The notes under the pieces were generated by a model, which worked only from the letters and a program-made list of their open reading frames with translations, did not search any database and was not told the DNA's origin. DNA of 63,321 nucleotides, filler included, from Folioceros fuciformis (lineage: Eukaryota): the NCBI GenBank assembly GCA_049999805.1. It is 7 parts of 7 records of this genome, joined end to end, with 100 filler letters (N's around TTAATTAATTAA, not from the genome) between each part and the next. Parts side by side here need not be neighbours in the genome. Positions count along the whole stretch, not along the records: positions 25,065 to 36,550 come from JBNGIO010004621.1; positions 36,651 to 43,713 come from JBNGIO010004629.1; 5 more parts are not named here. One strand, 5' to 3'. Each line of letters begins with the position of its first letter. The first letter of the stretch is position 1. This document shows, one piece after another, positions 25,065-36,692 of the stretch. The position numbers and the translations under genes were made by a program.

Positions 25065-26983
25065 CTGGAAGCAGCGTTGCCCGCGCTCTACATCACCGTA
25101 GCTCTTGCAAGCAGTGAGCAGAGCTGTCCACCCCACCACGTCATCCACGCACGATGTGTTTCGCAACACATGTTCGGCCGCATCCAGATGCCCCGACCGC
25201 CCAAGAAGGTCGACCATGCAACTGTGGTGATGATCCGTGGGCACCATCCCGTGCCTTTCCACCATCATGCTGAAATACGACCGGCCATGGCACACCAGGC
25301 CTGCATGACTGCATGCCACCAGGAGGCAGGTGAAAGTGGTCTCGTTGGGTTGGACACCTCGCTGGAGCATTTCTTCGAAACAACGGATGGCCTCCTCACC
25401 ATCACCATGTTCCGCATAGCCGTTGAGGAGAGCATTCCATGTTACCACATCTTTTGAGGGCAGAGTGTCGAACAGCCTGCGAGCCCTCTCCAGCCTGCCG
25501 CATCTAGCGTACATGTTCACCAGGCTATTACCGACAATGGTAACAACTTCCACGCCCCTTTCACGAATTTGAGAATGCAGCTGCTTCCCCTGCTCCAACG
25601 CTCCCACACTGGCACATGCTTGAAGGAGGCACACAAAAGTTACATTGTCAGGAAGCACAGCGATGTTGGCACGCTGCATACTCGCATATAGAGCGAGGGC
25701 ATCCCGTCCCATCCCCTGCTGCGCATATCCTGCGATCATGGCATTCCAGGTCACCACATCTCGATTGAGCATAGCGTCGAACACGGTGCGGGCCTCCAGC
25801 AAGGCTCCGCATTTAGCATACATGTTCACCAGGCTGTTGCCCATCACTGCATCATGTGCTTCAAGGTCCAGCCCCTCTTGCCGGATTTGTGCGTGAAGCT
25901 GCTTCCCGTGGGGCAGGGCCGGAGCTCCCACAGCAGCACAGGCCTGCAGAAGACAAACATAGGTAACACGGTCGGCTGGAGCAACGCCCTCTTCCTCATA
26001 TGCATGCTGCATTTGCACATACAAAGCCAAAGCTTGGCGGCCATGGCCCTGCCCCTGCCGAGCATACCCTGCGATCATGGCAGTCCATGTCACCACATCC
26101 TTCATGTCCAAGCTGACGAACACTTTGCGAGCGTCGTCCACGCTGCCGCACTTTGCATACATATCCACCAGAGCGGCACCAAGGAAACAATCGGGCTTCC
26201 CAGCACAGGCCTGAATGTGGGCATGCACCTGTTTGCCCGACACCAGGTCGCGTGCGCAGGAACACGCCTTGAGAGCTGCCACGAAGATGTGGTTGTCCGG
26301 CTGTACACCTGATCGTTGCATCTGTTGATACCAGGTGATGGCTACCGTGGGCTGCCCGTGTCGGGAATGTGCAGCAATGATGGGAACCACATGTAGACAT
26401 CCGGAGCTGCGACTTGTCTGAATGCCTGCACTGCTTCCTCCAGCTTGCCATGAGATGCATGCATGGCAATGATGTGAGTGGCCAGAAATGCATCACACCC
26501 AAAGCCCTGTGCGACAGCCAAAGCATGAAGGCGCCTGCCCCATTCTAGAAGACTTTTGTGTGTCATGCGCCTCTTGAGGAGATGATACAGGTCCTTGCGG
26601 CTGATCTGACATCCCCGCTGCACAAGCCCATCCAATGCTTCCACAACCTCACCCAACTCTGCTGCTGTTGCAGCCGCTTCGTGATGACCACGTCTAGTAA
26701 ACTGCCGGGCCTGAGGCATTAGCTTGCGTTCGGGCTTGGGCTGCCACCCGCAATCGTAGGTGTTGTACTGCTGCTGCTGCGGCCCAGCCGGGCCTCCACA
26801 TCGGCTACCACCAGCGCAGAACCTTGGTTCCTGTGACCACGCCACCGTGTGCAGACTGAAGTAGGAGAGGGCATTCGGAATGGAGCACAGCAGCTGCATC
26901 GCCATTGTGTTACTTGTTGCAGGAGGCTGGCTCAAATGGCCTTGCTTGACGATGATCACATTTGCATATGCACGGATAACCAT
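25065..26983 (-). pseudogene. PLS-class PPR RNA-editing factor with a frameshift at ~26390; C-terminus lost in the gap
   Basis: Regular P-L-S triplets (DVVTWTAMIAGY, VTFVCLLQACA, GNSLVNMYAKCG), P2-L2-S2 (LLVACSHAGLV, HSCMVDLLGRSG) and E1 start (VVGWTALLTACKSYGDVERG). ORFs 26342-26983 and 25017-26390 join out of frame at DVYMW/IIAAHS; a sequencing error is possible. Confidence 0.88.
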
Positions 26984-27675
26984 TCACATCCAGACGGATA
27001 TGCCTGCTCCTGCCTCCCAGCCCAACTGGAGCTGTCAGGCCTCCTGTTGCTGTTGAAGTCGCTGGACAAATGATCATGAGCCTCCTCGCAGCAAGCTTGC
27101 CCTCCGGGACAGACCGAAAAGAGGTGGCGCAATGGCAGTCAAACCATGAGCGACATATGTGACGAGGGCACCATCACAACCAAGCATCATAGCAATCATC
27201 CACTACCGCTTCTTCAACCAGCTACAGCTTCTTGAGGTGGTACTTTGGAGGGTAGTGTCGAGTGTCTATGAAGCTCACTGCCAGAATGCACTCCGTACCT
27301 AGCGTACTAGGTGCATGCATACTATAGAGTCGCATCTGCACGCCCGATCCTGAACCTGTCTGTGCATTTGATCAGCATGTAGGACAGCATCGAACACCCG
27401 AAGTCTTTTCTGGTCGGTGGAATCATGCGCGCTTTGAGTACAAATGTAGGTGGCGTGGAGGTGTTGCGATCTGTAACACTTTGAAAAGTGAAAGAAAAGT
27501 TGCCAAGAAGGAAAGGATACAAAACAGCGAGGTTGGTACGTCCGTCCCTGCATCCCGTAGACCACCTGGTCTAAGCGGATGTTGAGAAGCAGGTTACGGC
27601 TCCTGCTCCTGCTGCTACCATAGCTACTTGTCCATGGTTTTCCATCTTTCTCCAACAGACAGCGTTTCCTGAACG

Positions 27676-29094
27676 ATGGTCACGGTATGGCAACCGGACC
27701 CGTTGTGGACCCCAACAGACGGGTGTGCGTACTGGGATGCTACTCCCAACAGTGAGGGAGCTCCCGCTCACCTCACTGTTGGGAGTCAAGGTGTGGCAAA
27801 CAAGCAAGCCCACTGGCGCGGCAGTGCAAGGAGCTCACCTCTTCCACTTCCACTTCCCACAGAATGTGCGGGTGGGGACGGCTTCCTCAATGATGCTCGT
27901 CGCCAGGGACAGCAAGAGGAGCACGTGTGGCAACACGTCTTTCCGGACCCTACTATGTGGTGGGACAACAGACGAAATAAGAGGAGCTCCCGTTCGCCTG
28001 ACTTCCGGCGGAAGGGGTCCGGCGAGGTGCTGTGGTTAAACAACAGGTTTAAGCCAGCTTGGGTTGATGAGCAGCTCGTCTCCTTGGATCTGCAGATGGG
28101 TCTCGGTTCCTCTACTTCCAACTTGAGCTCTCCAGATAATCCTGAACCTAGAAGGCGTACAGGAGGCGCTTGTTGTGTATGGACACATGGAGGAGGCAGG
28201 CCTCGTTTTGGCTAATGATGTTACTTTTGCTTGCCTTCTGAAGGCGTGTGGAAGCACTGGTGCCTTGCAGAAGGGCAGGGAGCTTCACTCACAGATTGTC
28301 AAGAGAGAACTGCTGGATAATGTAGTGGTGAGAAACTGTCTGGTGGACATGTATGCAAAATGTGGTGAGCTGGAAGGTGCACGCCAGGTTTTTGGCAGGA
28401 TGGCCACTAAAGATGTTGTTACATGGACAGCCCTGATCGCTGGGTATGGTGCTTGTGATGAAGGTCGTAAGGCGCTAGCTTGTTTTGAGGAGATGTTAGC
28501 TGCCGGTGTTCATCCTGACGATGCTACTTTTACTTGCCTTCTAGTAGCGTGCAGTCATGGGGGTCTGGTCCAGGAGGGTCGCAAGCTCTTTGATTCCATG
28601 GCTGAACAGCATGGTGTCATACCTACTGTTGAGCATGACACCTGCATGATTGATCTTCTTGGGCGTGCTGGCCAATTAGATGAGGCAGAGACGATGGTGT
28701 CATCATGTGAGGGCGAAAGTGAGGTGGTGTGTTTGACATTTTTGTTGAATGCCTGCAAAAGTCACGGACATCTAGAGAGGGCTGTGTGGTGTTTTGAAAG
28801 CATTGTTAGGCTGGACCCCAGAAGTCACCTGCCTACATTCTCATGGCCAATGCCTATGCAGATGCAGGTAGGTGGACCGATGTAGATAGGATTGAAACAC
28901 AGAGAACGGCAGCAGGAGCTAAGAAGAAGCCAACAGTGGCAAGCATTAAGGTGAATAAGGAGGTACACAGATTTCTGGTGGGAGAAAGGAGAAAGGATAT
29001 TGCACTTAAGGTAGAGAGCACGAATGCGCGTGTGAAGCAGGAAGGAGGCGTCGTACCTCACACAAAGTTGGTGTCTAAGTACATTGGGCTTTAA
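27676..29094 (+). pseudogene. PDF-motif + PLS-PPR + E1/E2 + truncated DYW:KP-type domain pseudogene
   Basis: ~27925-28077 VWQHVFPDPTMWWDNRRNKRSSRSPDFRRKGSGEVLWLN...PAWVDEQL. 28151-28820 PPR L-S-P2-L2-S2-E1. After a frameshift: AYILMANAYADAGRW...AGAKKKPTVASIKVNKEVHRFLVGERRKDI...KQEGGVVPHTKLV. No HxE/CxxC catalytic part remains. Confidence 0.85.
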
Positions 29095-29102
29095 TAACTC
29101 TA
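29075..29102 (-). mobile_element. 28-bp remnant of an LTR 5' terminus of the family at 9012
   Basis: CTAAGTACATTGGGCTTTAATAACTCTA matches the reverse complement of 9014-9041 at 26 of 28 positions. Confidence 0.7.
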
Positions 29103-29419
29103 TGGCCCGGTACCAGACCTAAACTTTCTCAGGTCTGGGACCAAACCTATGCCCACTCTTATAACCAAACCAACTATTTCCTGGTCAATTAACCTAATTA
29201 GCACAAAGAAAAATAGGAAAAATGACCAGAAAATCAAGGAAAATTAGAAAAAATAAGTAGAAAAAGAAAACAAAACCATACCACTATTAACCCTTTTTCA
29301 ACCAAAATAAACTACTACCCCAAACTTTGGAGGTTCACAGTTCTCAAGATATTGTGATACAGAGCTCACAGAGTGCTGAATATCAGGCCTAGTCTAGTAG
29401 GCTATATAATTTAGGCAAC

Positions 29420-31496
29420 CTACTACATGACGATAAGGGATCTAACTCATGACTGCCTTTTCCTCTTCATCTTGTGGGGATTGCTCAGCAGACAACTTCT
29501 GACCCACTGTGCCTGGTGTGCTTACAGGCTTGGCATCTGCTAGGTTGAAGCAGCGAAGTGTCTCATGAACATACTTGGTCTAATGAAGAATCAAGGTACA
29601 ATTTTCCCTATCACGCAGAAGCTGAACACCAAGGACAAATGTAAGCTGACCTATATCTTTCATGTCGTAGCGCTTGTGCAACATGCCCTTAACCTAGTCT
29701 AAAAGCTCTCGATTGTTGAAAGCTAAAAAGGCGTCGTCGACATAAAGAGCTAGGATCACAATGTGGCCTCCTTTGGTGTATATATATACATTGGCGTCTG
29801 CTAGATTCTGAACAAAGCCAATAGATTTGAGGTATTTATCAATACATTTATACCACTCCCTTACGCTCTATTTGAGCTCGTAGAGAGTCTTCTTGAGCTT
29901 GCAGATCCAGTCCGGGTGTTCAGGATCCACAAAACCCTCTGGCTAATCCATATAAATGTCCTCTTCTAACTCTTCATACAGAAATGCAGTTGAGAAGTCC
30001 ATCTATTCGAGATCCCAGTCACGGGCAGCAGCAAGTGCCAGCATCATTCTTATGGATTGCGTCTTCACGATAGGGCTGAATGTCTCGTTGAAGTCGACAC
30101 TTGCAACTTGGGAGAAACCACGTGCAACAAGATGTGACTTGTAACGTGCTATCTTTCCTTGTGCATTTAATTTGTGCTTGAATACCCACTTGCAACTCAC
30201 AGTTTTCCTTCCAACAGGTAAAGGACAAAGCTCCCAGGTTTCATTTTTCATCAAAGAATCGTATTCATCCTGGATTGATGGAACCCAGTGATGCTTATCC
30301 TTCCCTGTGATTGCCTCTCTGTATGTGCGAAGTTCTGCTGGGTGAGAAGTGCTGGATGAGAAGTCCTCATAGAGACGTGCAGAACGTGGTCGTCTAAAGT
30401 CCTCTGGCTCATAAGGTTTATACTGCCAGTTTTCTCTAGAGGGACGGGAACGAGTAGGGTATCTGCGTTCTTCCTCTGCGGCTGGTTGTGAGGGTATTGG
30501 GGCAGGTACTGAAACAACGGGTTCTACACTAGGAACGTCTTCATCATCAGCAGGCTGTGAATCAGGATTGTCCGAATCAGATTCTATAGCTACATCTGCT
30601 GGCTCTAAATCCTCATGATCTACTCCAAAATGTAAAGGAGCGAGGGCAGCAGGTGAGTCCGGTTGTACGTTACTTTGCTGTGATTGCTGTGGACTCTGTT
30701 GCTGAGACGGATGAGAAACGGACTGCTGAGATGATTGTGGCAATTGTGCAAGGCGTTGAGAAATCTGCTGACTCCGCTGTGAAATCTGTTGTGGCTGCTA
30801 TTGGGTCTAATTCTGGGAACCACTCTGCTGCTGTGATTGCTGTGATCCACCCCCTAAAGGGCTAGCAACTGAGACAGGTAGATAGACGGCAGCTGCTGGC
30901 AATTCATACACGGCATCTTGTGGGAAAACCGAAGGGGAATCATCAAAAACAAAGACACCGGGAGCATAACCAGAATTTGGAGGAGCTGCAGACTGAGAGC
31001 TGGTGATCTCCTTGAAGGTAACACTCAAGGAAAATAGAGAGGTGCGTGAAACCTTGTCATACAGCTTATATCCTTTGGTTTCTTCACCATAGCCGACAAA
31101 GATAAGGGGTTGTGCCCTGTCCTCAAGCTTTTTACGTTGTTCCTCATGTATGGAAGCATATGCAGGAGAACCGAAGACACGTAAGTGGTGCAAGCTAGAA
31201 TTTGACGGTTCAGTCAGAGTATTGCACACAATCCATATTTTTGAAATGTGGATAATGTACAAAATTCTGACTTGACCATCTTCCAGCAATTACATGTGCA
31301 ATTACATGCTCTAATACCATGTAAATAATAGCAAGAGTGGCTAGCTAGAGCAGTGAGCGAGAGCAAACACTTGCACAGAAAAAACTTGTCAATTAAAAGT
31401 AAAGTGTAGCTTAAATACAATGAATAAATAACTGTTCATATAAAGCTAACCTAATCCTAACTTAAGTAACCAGCAAATGTGGTTATATATTTAACA
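29420..31496 (-). mobile_element. Internally deleted, decayed Copia: LTR 31496-31320, PBS, integrase C-terminus, Q/S-rich linker, RT
   Basis: TGTTAAATA...TATTTACA followed by PBS TGGTATTAGAGC (31319-31308). About 100 bp later HLRVFGSPAY...RKKLEDRA. RT KNETWEL...CKWVFK...LVARGFSQ...ETFSP and LALYVDD. Confidence 0.85.
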
Positions 31497-34400
31497 AAAC
31501 CTAACTAGGACTATATATGCATGAGTGTGGGTTGCATTACGCTCTGTGAACTTTCCTAAGGTGGGAACAAAACGGAAGCATGAATTAGGAAAAGATTAAG
31601 GAAGTACATAGGTAGGGGGCCCTCTTATAGGGGACCCAGGGCACCCCTTCGTAGGGGTGCAACTATTCACTTGACGAGCTAGGTTAGTCTAACTCACGTG
31701 GCTAGTAGCTAGGGTTACGTAAACCTTACGAAACTTAACACTCCCTCTTGAGGGTGACGTAACCTAGGCTAGGGACTCCATCTGTCGAGAGAGCATCTTC
31801 TGGTCTTCAGCTCTTGGGGAGGTACGGGGTGAAGTCGATCAGGCCCATGCTCTCCATGTGCTGGTAGTGCCGGATCTTAGGCATGCCCTTCGTCAGGATG
31901 TCTGCCAAGTTGTCCTCCGTTGGTACATAGTTGGCATCTACCACCTTGCGCTGGACTACATCCGGATGTAGTGATGTTGGATCTCTATGTGCTTCGTTCT
32001 GGCGTGGAACTTGGAGTTGGAGATCAGGGCCAGAGCCGACATGTTGTCGCAGTAGAGTGGCGTCGGCTGGCCCTGCTTCTAGCCAACGTCGGCTAAGAGG
32101 GCTCGCTCCCACTCAGCTTCCTTGGAGGCATCTGTGAGTGACTTATACTCAGCCTCTGTGGAAGAGAGTGCTATGGAGGTCTGCTTCTTGCAGCTCCAGT
32201 TCACCACAGTAGAGGATAACAGGAAACAGTGGGCGCTCAAGCTCTTCCTTGAATCTGGGTCAGATGCCCAATCTGCATCTGTATAGCCGCTGAGGAGTAG
32301 CTTGCCGGTCCCTCCGTTCTGGTACATCAGTCCATAGGTCAAGGTGCCCTTCAGATAGCGAAATATTCTCTTGACCGCAGCCCAATGCGCCTTGCCAGGG
32401 TTCTCAAGGAACTGAGACATTGTGGAGACGGAGTAGTGGATGTCGGGCCTCGTCCAGCCGCTGGTGAAGAGGAGACTCCCTACGGCATGGCGGTAAGGGA
32501 TCCCGTGCATGTCCTTGGTCTCTTCTTCAGTCTGAGGGCATTGCTCAGCAGTGAGTTTTGTGCCCACAGCGTAGGGGGTGGTAACAGGCCTGGCTTGGTC
32601 CAGCTTGAATTTCCTCAGTATCTCATTGACATACTTGTACTGATGGATGATCAGCTTCTTTTCAGCTCTATTCCTCAAAATCTGAATTCCAAGGCAGAAT
32701 TGAAGCTCGCCAACATCTTTCATCTCAAAACGGGAGCTGAGAAGCTGTTTAACTTCCGCTAGCAAATCCAGGTTGTTAGCGGAAAGGATGAGATCGTCCA
32801 CATACAGAGCGAGGATGACAAAGTGTGCCCCTCGAGTCAGCGTGTATACGTTGCCGTCGGCCGCACTCTAGGTAAAGGAGATGCTGAGCAGGTAGGGGTG
32901 CATAGTGATATACCACACTCGCCCGCTCTGCTTGAGGCCATAGATGCACTTCCTCAGCCTGAGAACCTTGTTGGGAACTCCCTGCTGACGTAGCCTTCTG
33001 GCTGGTCCATGTAGAGCTCCTCGTCCAGGGTACCATAGAGGTAGGCAGTCTTGACGTCCATTTGGTGGAGCTCCAGGTCCAATTCAGCCGCGGGGGCAAG
33101 CAAGATCCGTATGGATTACGCACGTACCACCGGGGAGAAGGTCTCTTGATAGTCCAGGCCTTCGACTTGGGAGAACCCGCGTGCCACTAGCCGGGCCTTG
33201 AAGCGGTCCACCTGTCCTTGGGCGTTGAGCTTAAGCTTAAACGTCCACTTGCAGGAGATGGGCTTCCTTCCAGGGGGAGGGTCAACGAGTTCCCAGGTCT
33301 TGTTCTGAAGCAGACTCTGGTACTCGTCCTCCACTGCTATCCGCCACTGCGCGGACTCAGGTCCTGCAAGGGCTTGGGAAAGAGTGGTCGGTTCCTCTGG
33401 AAGGTCCGTTTGGGATAAGGCCGCAGATAGTGAACTGAAGGATGTCCTGAAGTCGATGGAGTGATAAGGTGGCTCTGTCCACTAGGGTGGTAGTGCTCGA
33501 TGACGAGTGCTGCGCCGAGGACCGGGGTGAGGTGCCGAAACGGCCGGCACAGCCTCAGCATCGGCCGATGCGGGCTCCGCAGGAGGAAGCTCCTCTGGAG
33601 CAGCCGGGGGCAGGTCCTAGTCGGAGTCAGCAGCAGCATCGTTAGCAGGGGGCTGGGCCACAGGGAAGGTACCATCAGGGGCTTCGGGAGGCACGTCGGG
33701 GGTGATCGGCACATCGTCCTCAAGGGCGGTGCCGTTGTCTGGATTCTCCACGTAGCCTTGGTCACCATCCTTGGTGGGGTAGGCACACGCAGTGTCGGGG
33801 TCAGCTACCACAGGACTGTCGGCGGACGCATTTCCCTCGGAAGCTGGCTTGACCGGCTCCAGAAAGGTAACTGTGCGCGCCAGGGTGATGTCGTGCGTCT
33901 CCGGGTCAAAGAGCTTGTAGGCCTTGGAGCTCTCGCTGTAGCCCACAAATGTAAGCTTCTTTGCCCTGTCATCCAGCTTGCGTCGCTTCTTGGCAGGGAT
34001 GAAAGCGAAAGCTGGCGAGCCGAATACCCATAGGTGCTGGATGCTAGGCTTGCACTGCCAGTATACCTCATAGAGGGTGCGGCCAGGAACCGATCTCGTG
34101 ATCACTCGGTTTAGGATATATGTGGCCGCCACGATCGCCTCTGCCCAGAAGCCTTGTGGAAGTCCAGACCATAGCAGCATGCTCCTGGTCATGGATAGGA
34201 GCGTCTCGTTCTTGCGCTCCGCAACTCTGTTCTGTTGTGGAGTGTAAGTTACCGTGAGTTGTCTCTGAATTCCTCGCTCCAGGAGGAAGGCATCAAACTC
34301 TTGGTCGACAAACTCTGTGCCGTTGTCGCTCCGCAGGGTCTTGAGCTGTTGTCCAGTCTGACGTTCAGCCACTGGGAGCCACTCCTTGAAGTATGTGAAA

Positions 34401-36550
34401 GTATCGCTCTTCAGATGTAGGGGGTAAGTCCAAGAATATCTGCTGAAGTCATCTGTGAGAGTGAGGTAGTAGGTGGCGCCGCCAAGGGAGGGGGTCTAAA
34501 TCTTCCCGGATATATCGGCGTGAACTAAGGCTAGCACGGCCTCAGCCCTATACGCCCCCTTCGGGAACGGAGACTCTTTCTGCTTGGCCAGGACACAAGA
34601 TTCACAGACTGACAAGTGCTGGAAGCATTTGGGGAGTGGCTCCTGGTAAAGACCGTGTGAGGACATGGATATGAGCTTGTGCTTGTTTATATGTCCCAAC
34701 CTGGCGTGCCACAGGGCAGCCAGGTCCTCGGGTGTCTGACCAATGACGTAGGCAAGGGGACCATATTTGCTTGGAAGAGTAAGTCTGTACAAACCATCTT
34801 GGGGGATGGCGCCCATTAGGCATAAGTCTGGACTGTCTGATCTGTAGAAGCAACAGGAGTCATGGGAGAAGTTGACTTCCAGTGAGCTATGCTTCAACAG
34901 CTGACTGAGGGAAACGAGGTTCTTGCCCATCTGTGGTACGTAAAGAACGGGTTCTAGGGGTAGGGTAGAACCGTCAGATAGGGGCAACTCGCAAGTCCCT
35001 TGGCCGAGGATGGGTAAGCTGGACTTATTCTGTTCGTCGCCGAGGAGGACCCTCTCTCTGATTGGACGTTGGTCTAGCCGGGAGAAGAGGGTTGCGTCGT
35101 TGCAGATGTGGGCGGTGGCACCGCTGTCCAAGTACCACCCTTGGTCCGACCGGGGCTGGGTGCTGAGGCAGACAGTGAGAATCTTCACGGTCTTGTTGTC
35201 TTCAGTCTTGCCCTTGACGGCCACATTCGCTGTCTGTCGGAGGCCGGGCTTCAGAGGTTCCCCAGCTTTCTTCTTTCGGCATTCCCGCGCCCAATGGCCG
35301 GGAGTACCGCACCAGTTACAATTACCCGTCCGGCGAGGTGGGGAAGAGGTCGAAGCACCCTTGGAGGTGTTGGCTTGTCTCTCATTCGCCTTTCCGGACC
35401 TGGGTCGAGCTGCGAGCGCCTTATCGGCCTTGAGCTTGGACCCGCCAGCTGAGGTAAGGCGGCTCTACTCGTGTTGATAGAGTGCTCCAATAATCTCCTC
35501 CACTGTAAGTGAGGAGGTGGAGCCAGGGGTACCACGTGTTGACATCAGCATCAAACTGGTGACGAAATGCTGATAGGAATGTGGTAGACTCATCAATAGC
35601 TGAGCCGCGGCATCCGTCTCTATCATGGTCGAGCCGAGGCTAGCCAGATGTCCGCGTAGCTGCCGGAATCTTGAGGTGTGGGCAGCCACTGTGTCGGCCT
35701 CCTTCATTTTTAGGGTGTTGAACTCTTGCCTGACGCTGTAAAGGGTCAGGATGTTGTTGACGTTGTAAGTGTTGGCCAGCTGGTCCCAAATGGCAGCAGC
35801 CGTCGTGAGGAACTCCACACTGGGTACCAGGCTGGAGGTGAGTCCGCTGATGAGGAGAGCGATGGCGATCCCGTTGAGATAATCCCAGCGCTCGACATCG
35901 GCGATAGGCTCGGTGGCCGCAGGCTTGGAGAGGCTACCGTCCACCACTTTCCAGATGCCTTTGCCGACCAAGAGGGACTTCATGCGGACCCGCCAGACCG
36001 GGTAGTGTTGCCCGTTGAAGCGGTCTTGCTCCTTTATCTGCTTGGTGAACATGGGGATGGCGGGGGGTGCTGGGGCCGAAGAGCTGCTTGTGCCGGTTGC
36101 CATCGTAGTTGTCGTGTGCAGAGAAAGTGGGTTGAGTTGCTGGATGATTTGGTCCAGAAGAGAGTTGGTGCCCGTGGTCATGAAAGCCGGGCTTCGGAGT
36201 CGAAGCTAATCGCTTCCTGAAAGTTGATATGCAGCGGAGAAAGGTATAGGCACGAGAGTTCGAGGGAACATTCTCGGGTTCGGTGGGTGAGCAGCCGAGT
36301 ATGTGCCGGGGTCTGGATCCGAAAAACGTCGGAAGACGAGGTCCACCAGCTCGTCGGCGGTCTGCTCCAGCTGGCCCGAAAGTTCCTGGGTCTGATGCCC
36401 TAAGGAGGTCGGCGATGGCGTCATCGGTGGCTTCGTCTTCACATAGTACTCAAGGGTAGGCGCCGGCGGAAAACCCTCGGGTGCTGAAGGCAGAGCATAG
36501 GCAGGCTGCGAGGGAGCAAGGCAGGTATTAAAGAAGGGATAATAATGTGG
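31497..36550 (-). mobile_element. Near-complete GC-rich Ty1/Copia element (gag-PR-INT-RT-RH, PPT, 3' LTR starting at 31740); 5' LTR lost in the gap; several stops and frameshifts
   Basis: Gag DRFNGQHYPVWRVRM; CNWC..GHWAREC knuckle; WYLDSGATAHIC; LRSDNGTEF; ARLVARGFSQ; YVDDLI; GYTDADWA, SSTEAEY, NLADILTK. PPT CAAGAGGGAG at 31750-31741, then TGTTAAG. The distal LTR boundary is uncertain. Confidence 0.95.
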
Positions 36551-36692
36551 NNNNNNNNNNNNNNNNNNNNNNNNNNNNNNNNNNNNNNNNNNNNTTAATT
36601 AATTAANNNNNNNNNNNNNNNNNNNNNNNNNNNNNNNNNNNNNNNNNNNNGATATCCCATGTGTGGGCTGAATTTCTTGTTTAATGCTTCAG

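Noticed and set aside
35465-35467. TAG within gag-pol as programmed readthrough, or TE stop codons repaired by U-to-C editing
   Set aside because: The same element has several other TAGs and frameshifts, and U-to-C editing is organellar. Deamination decay explains them.
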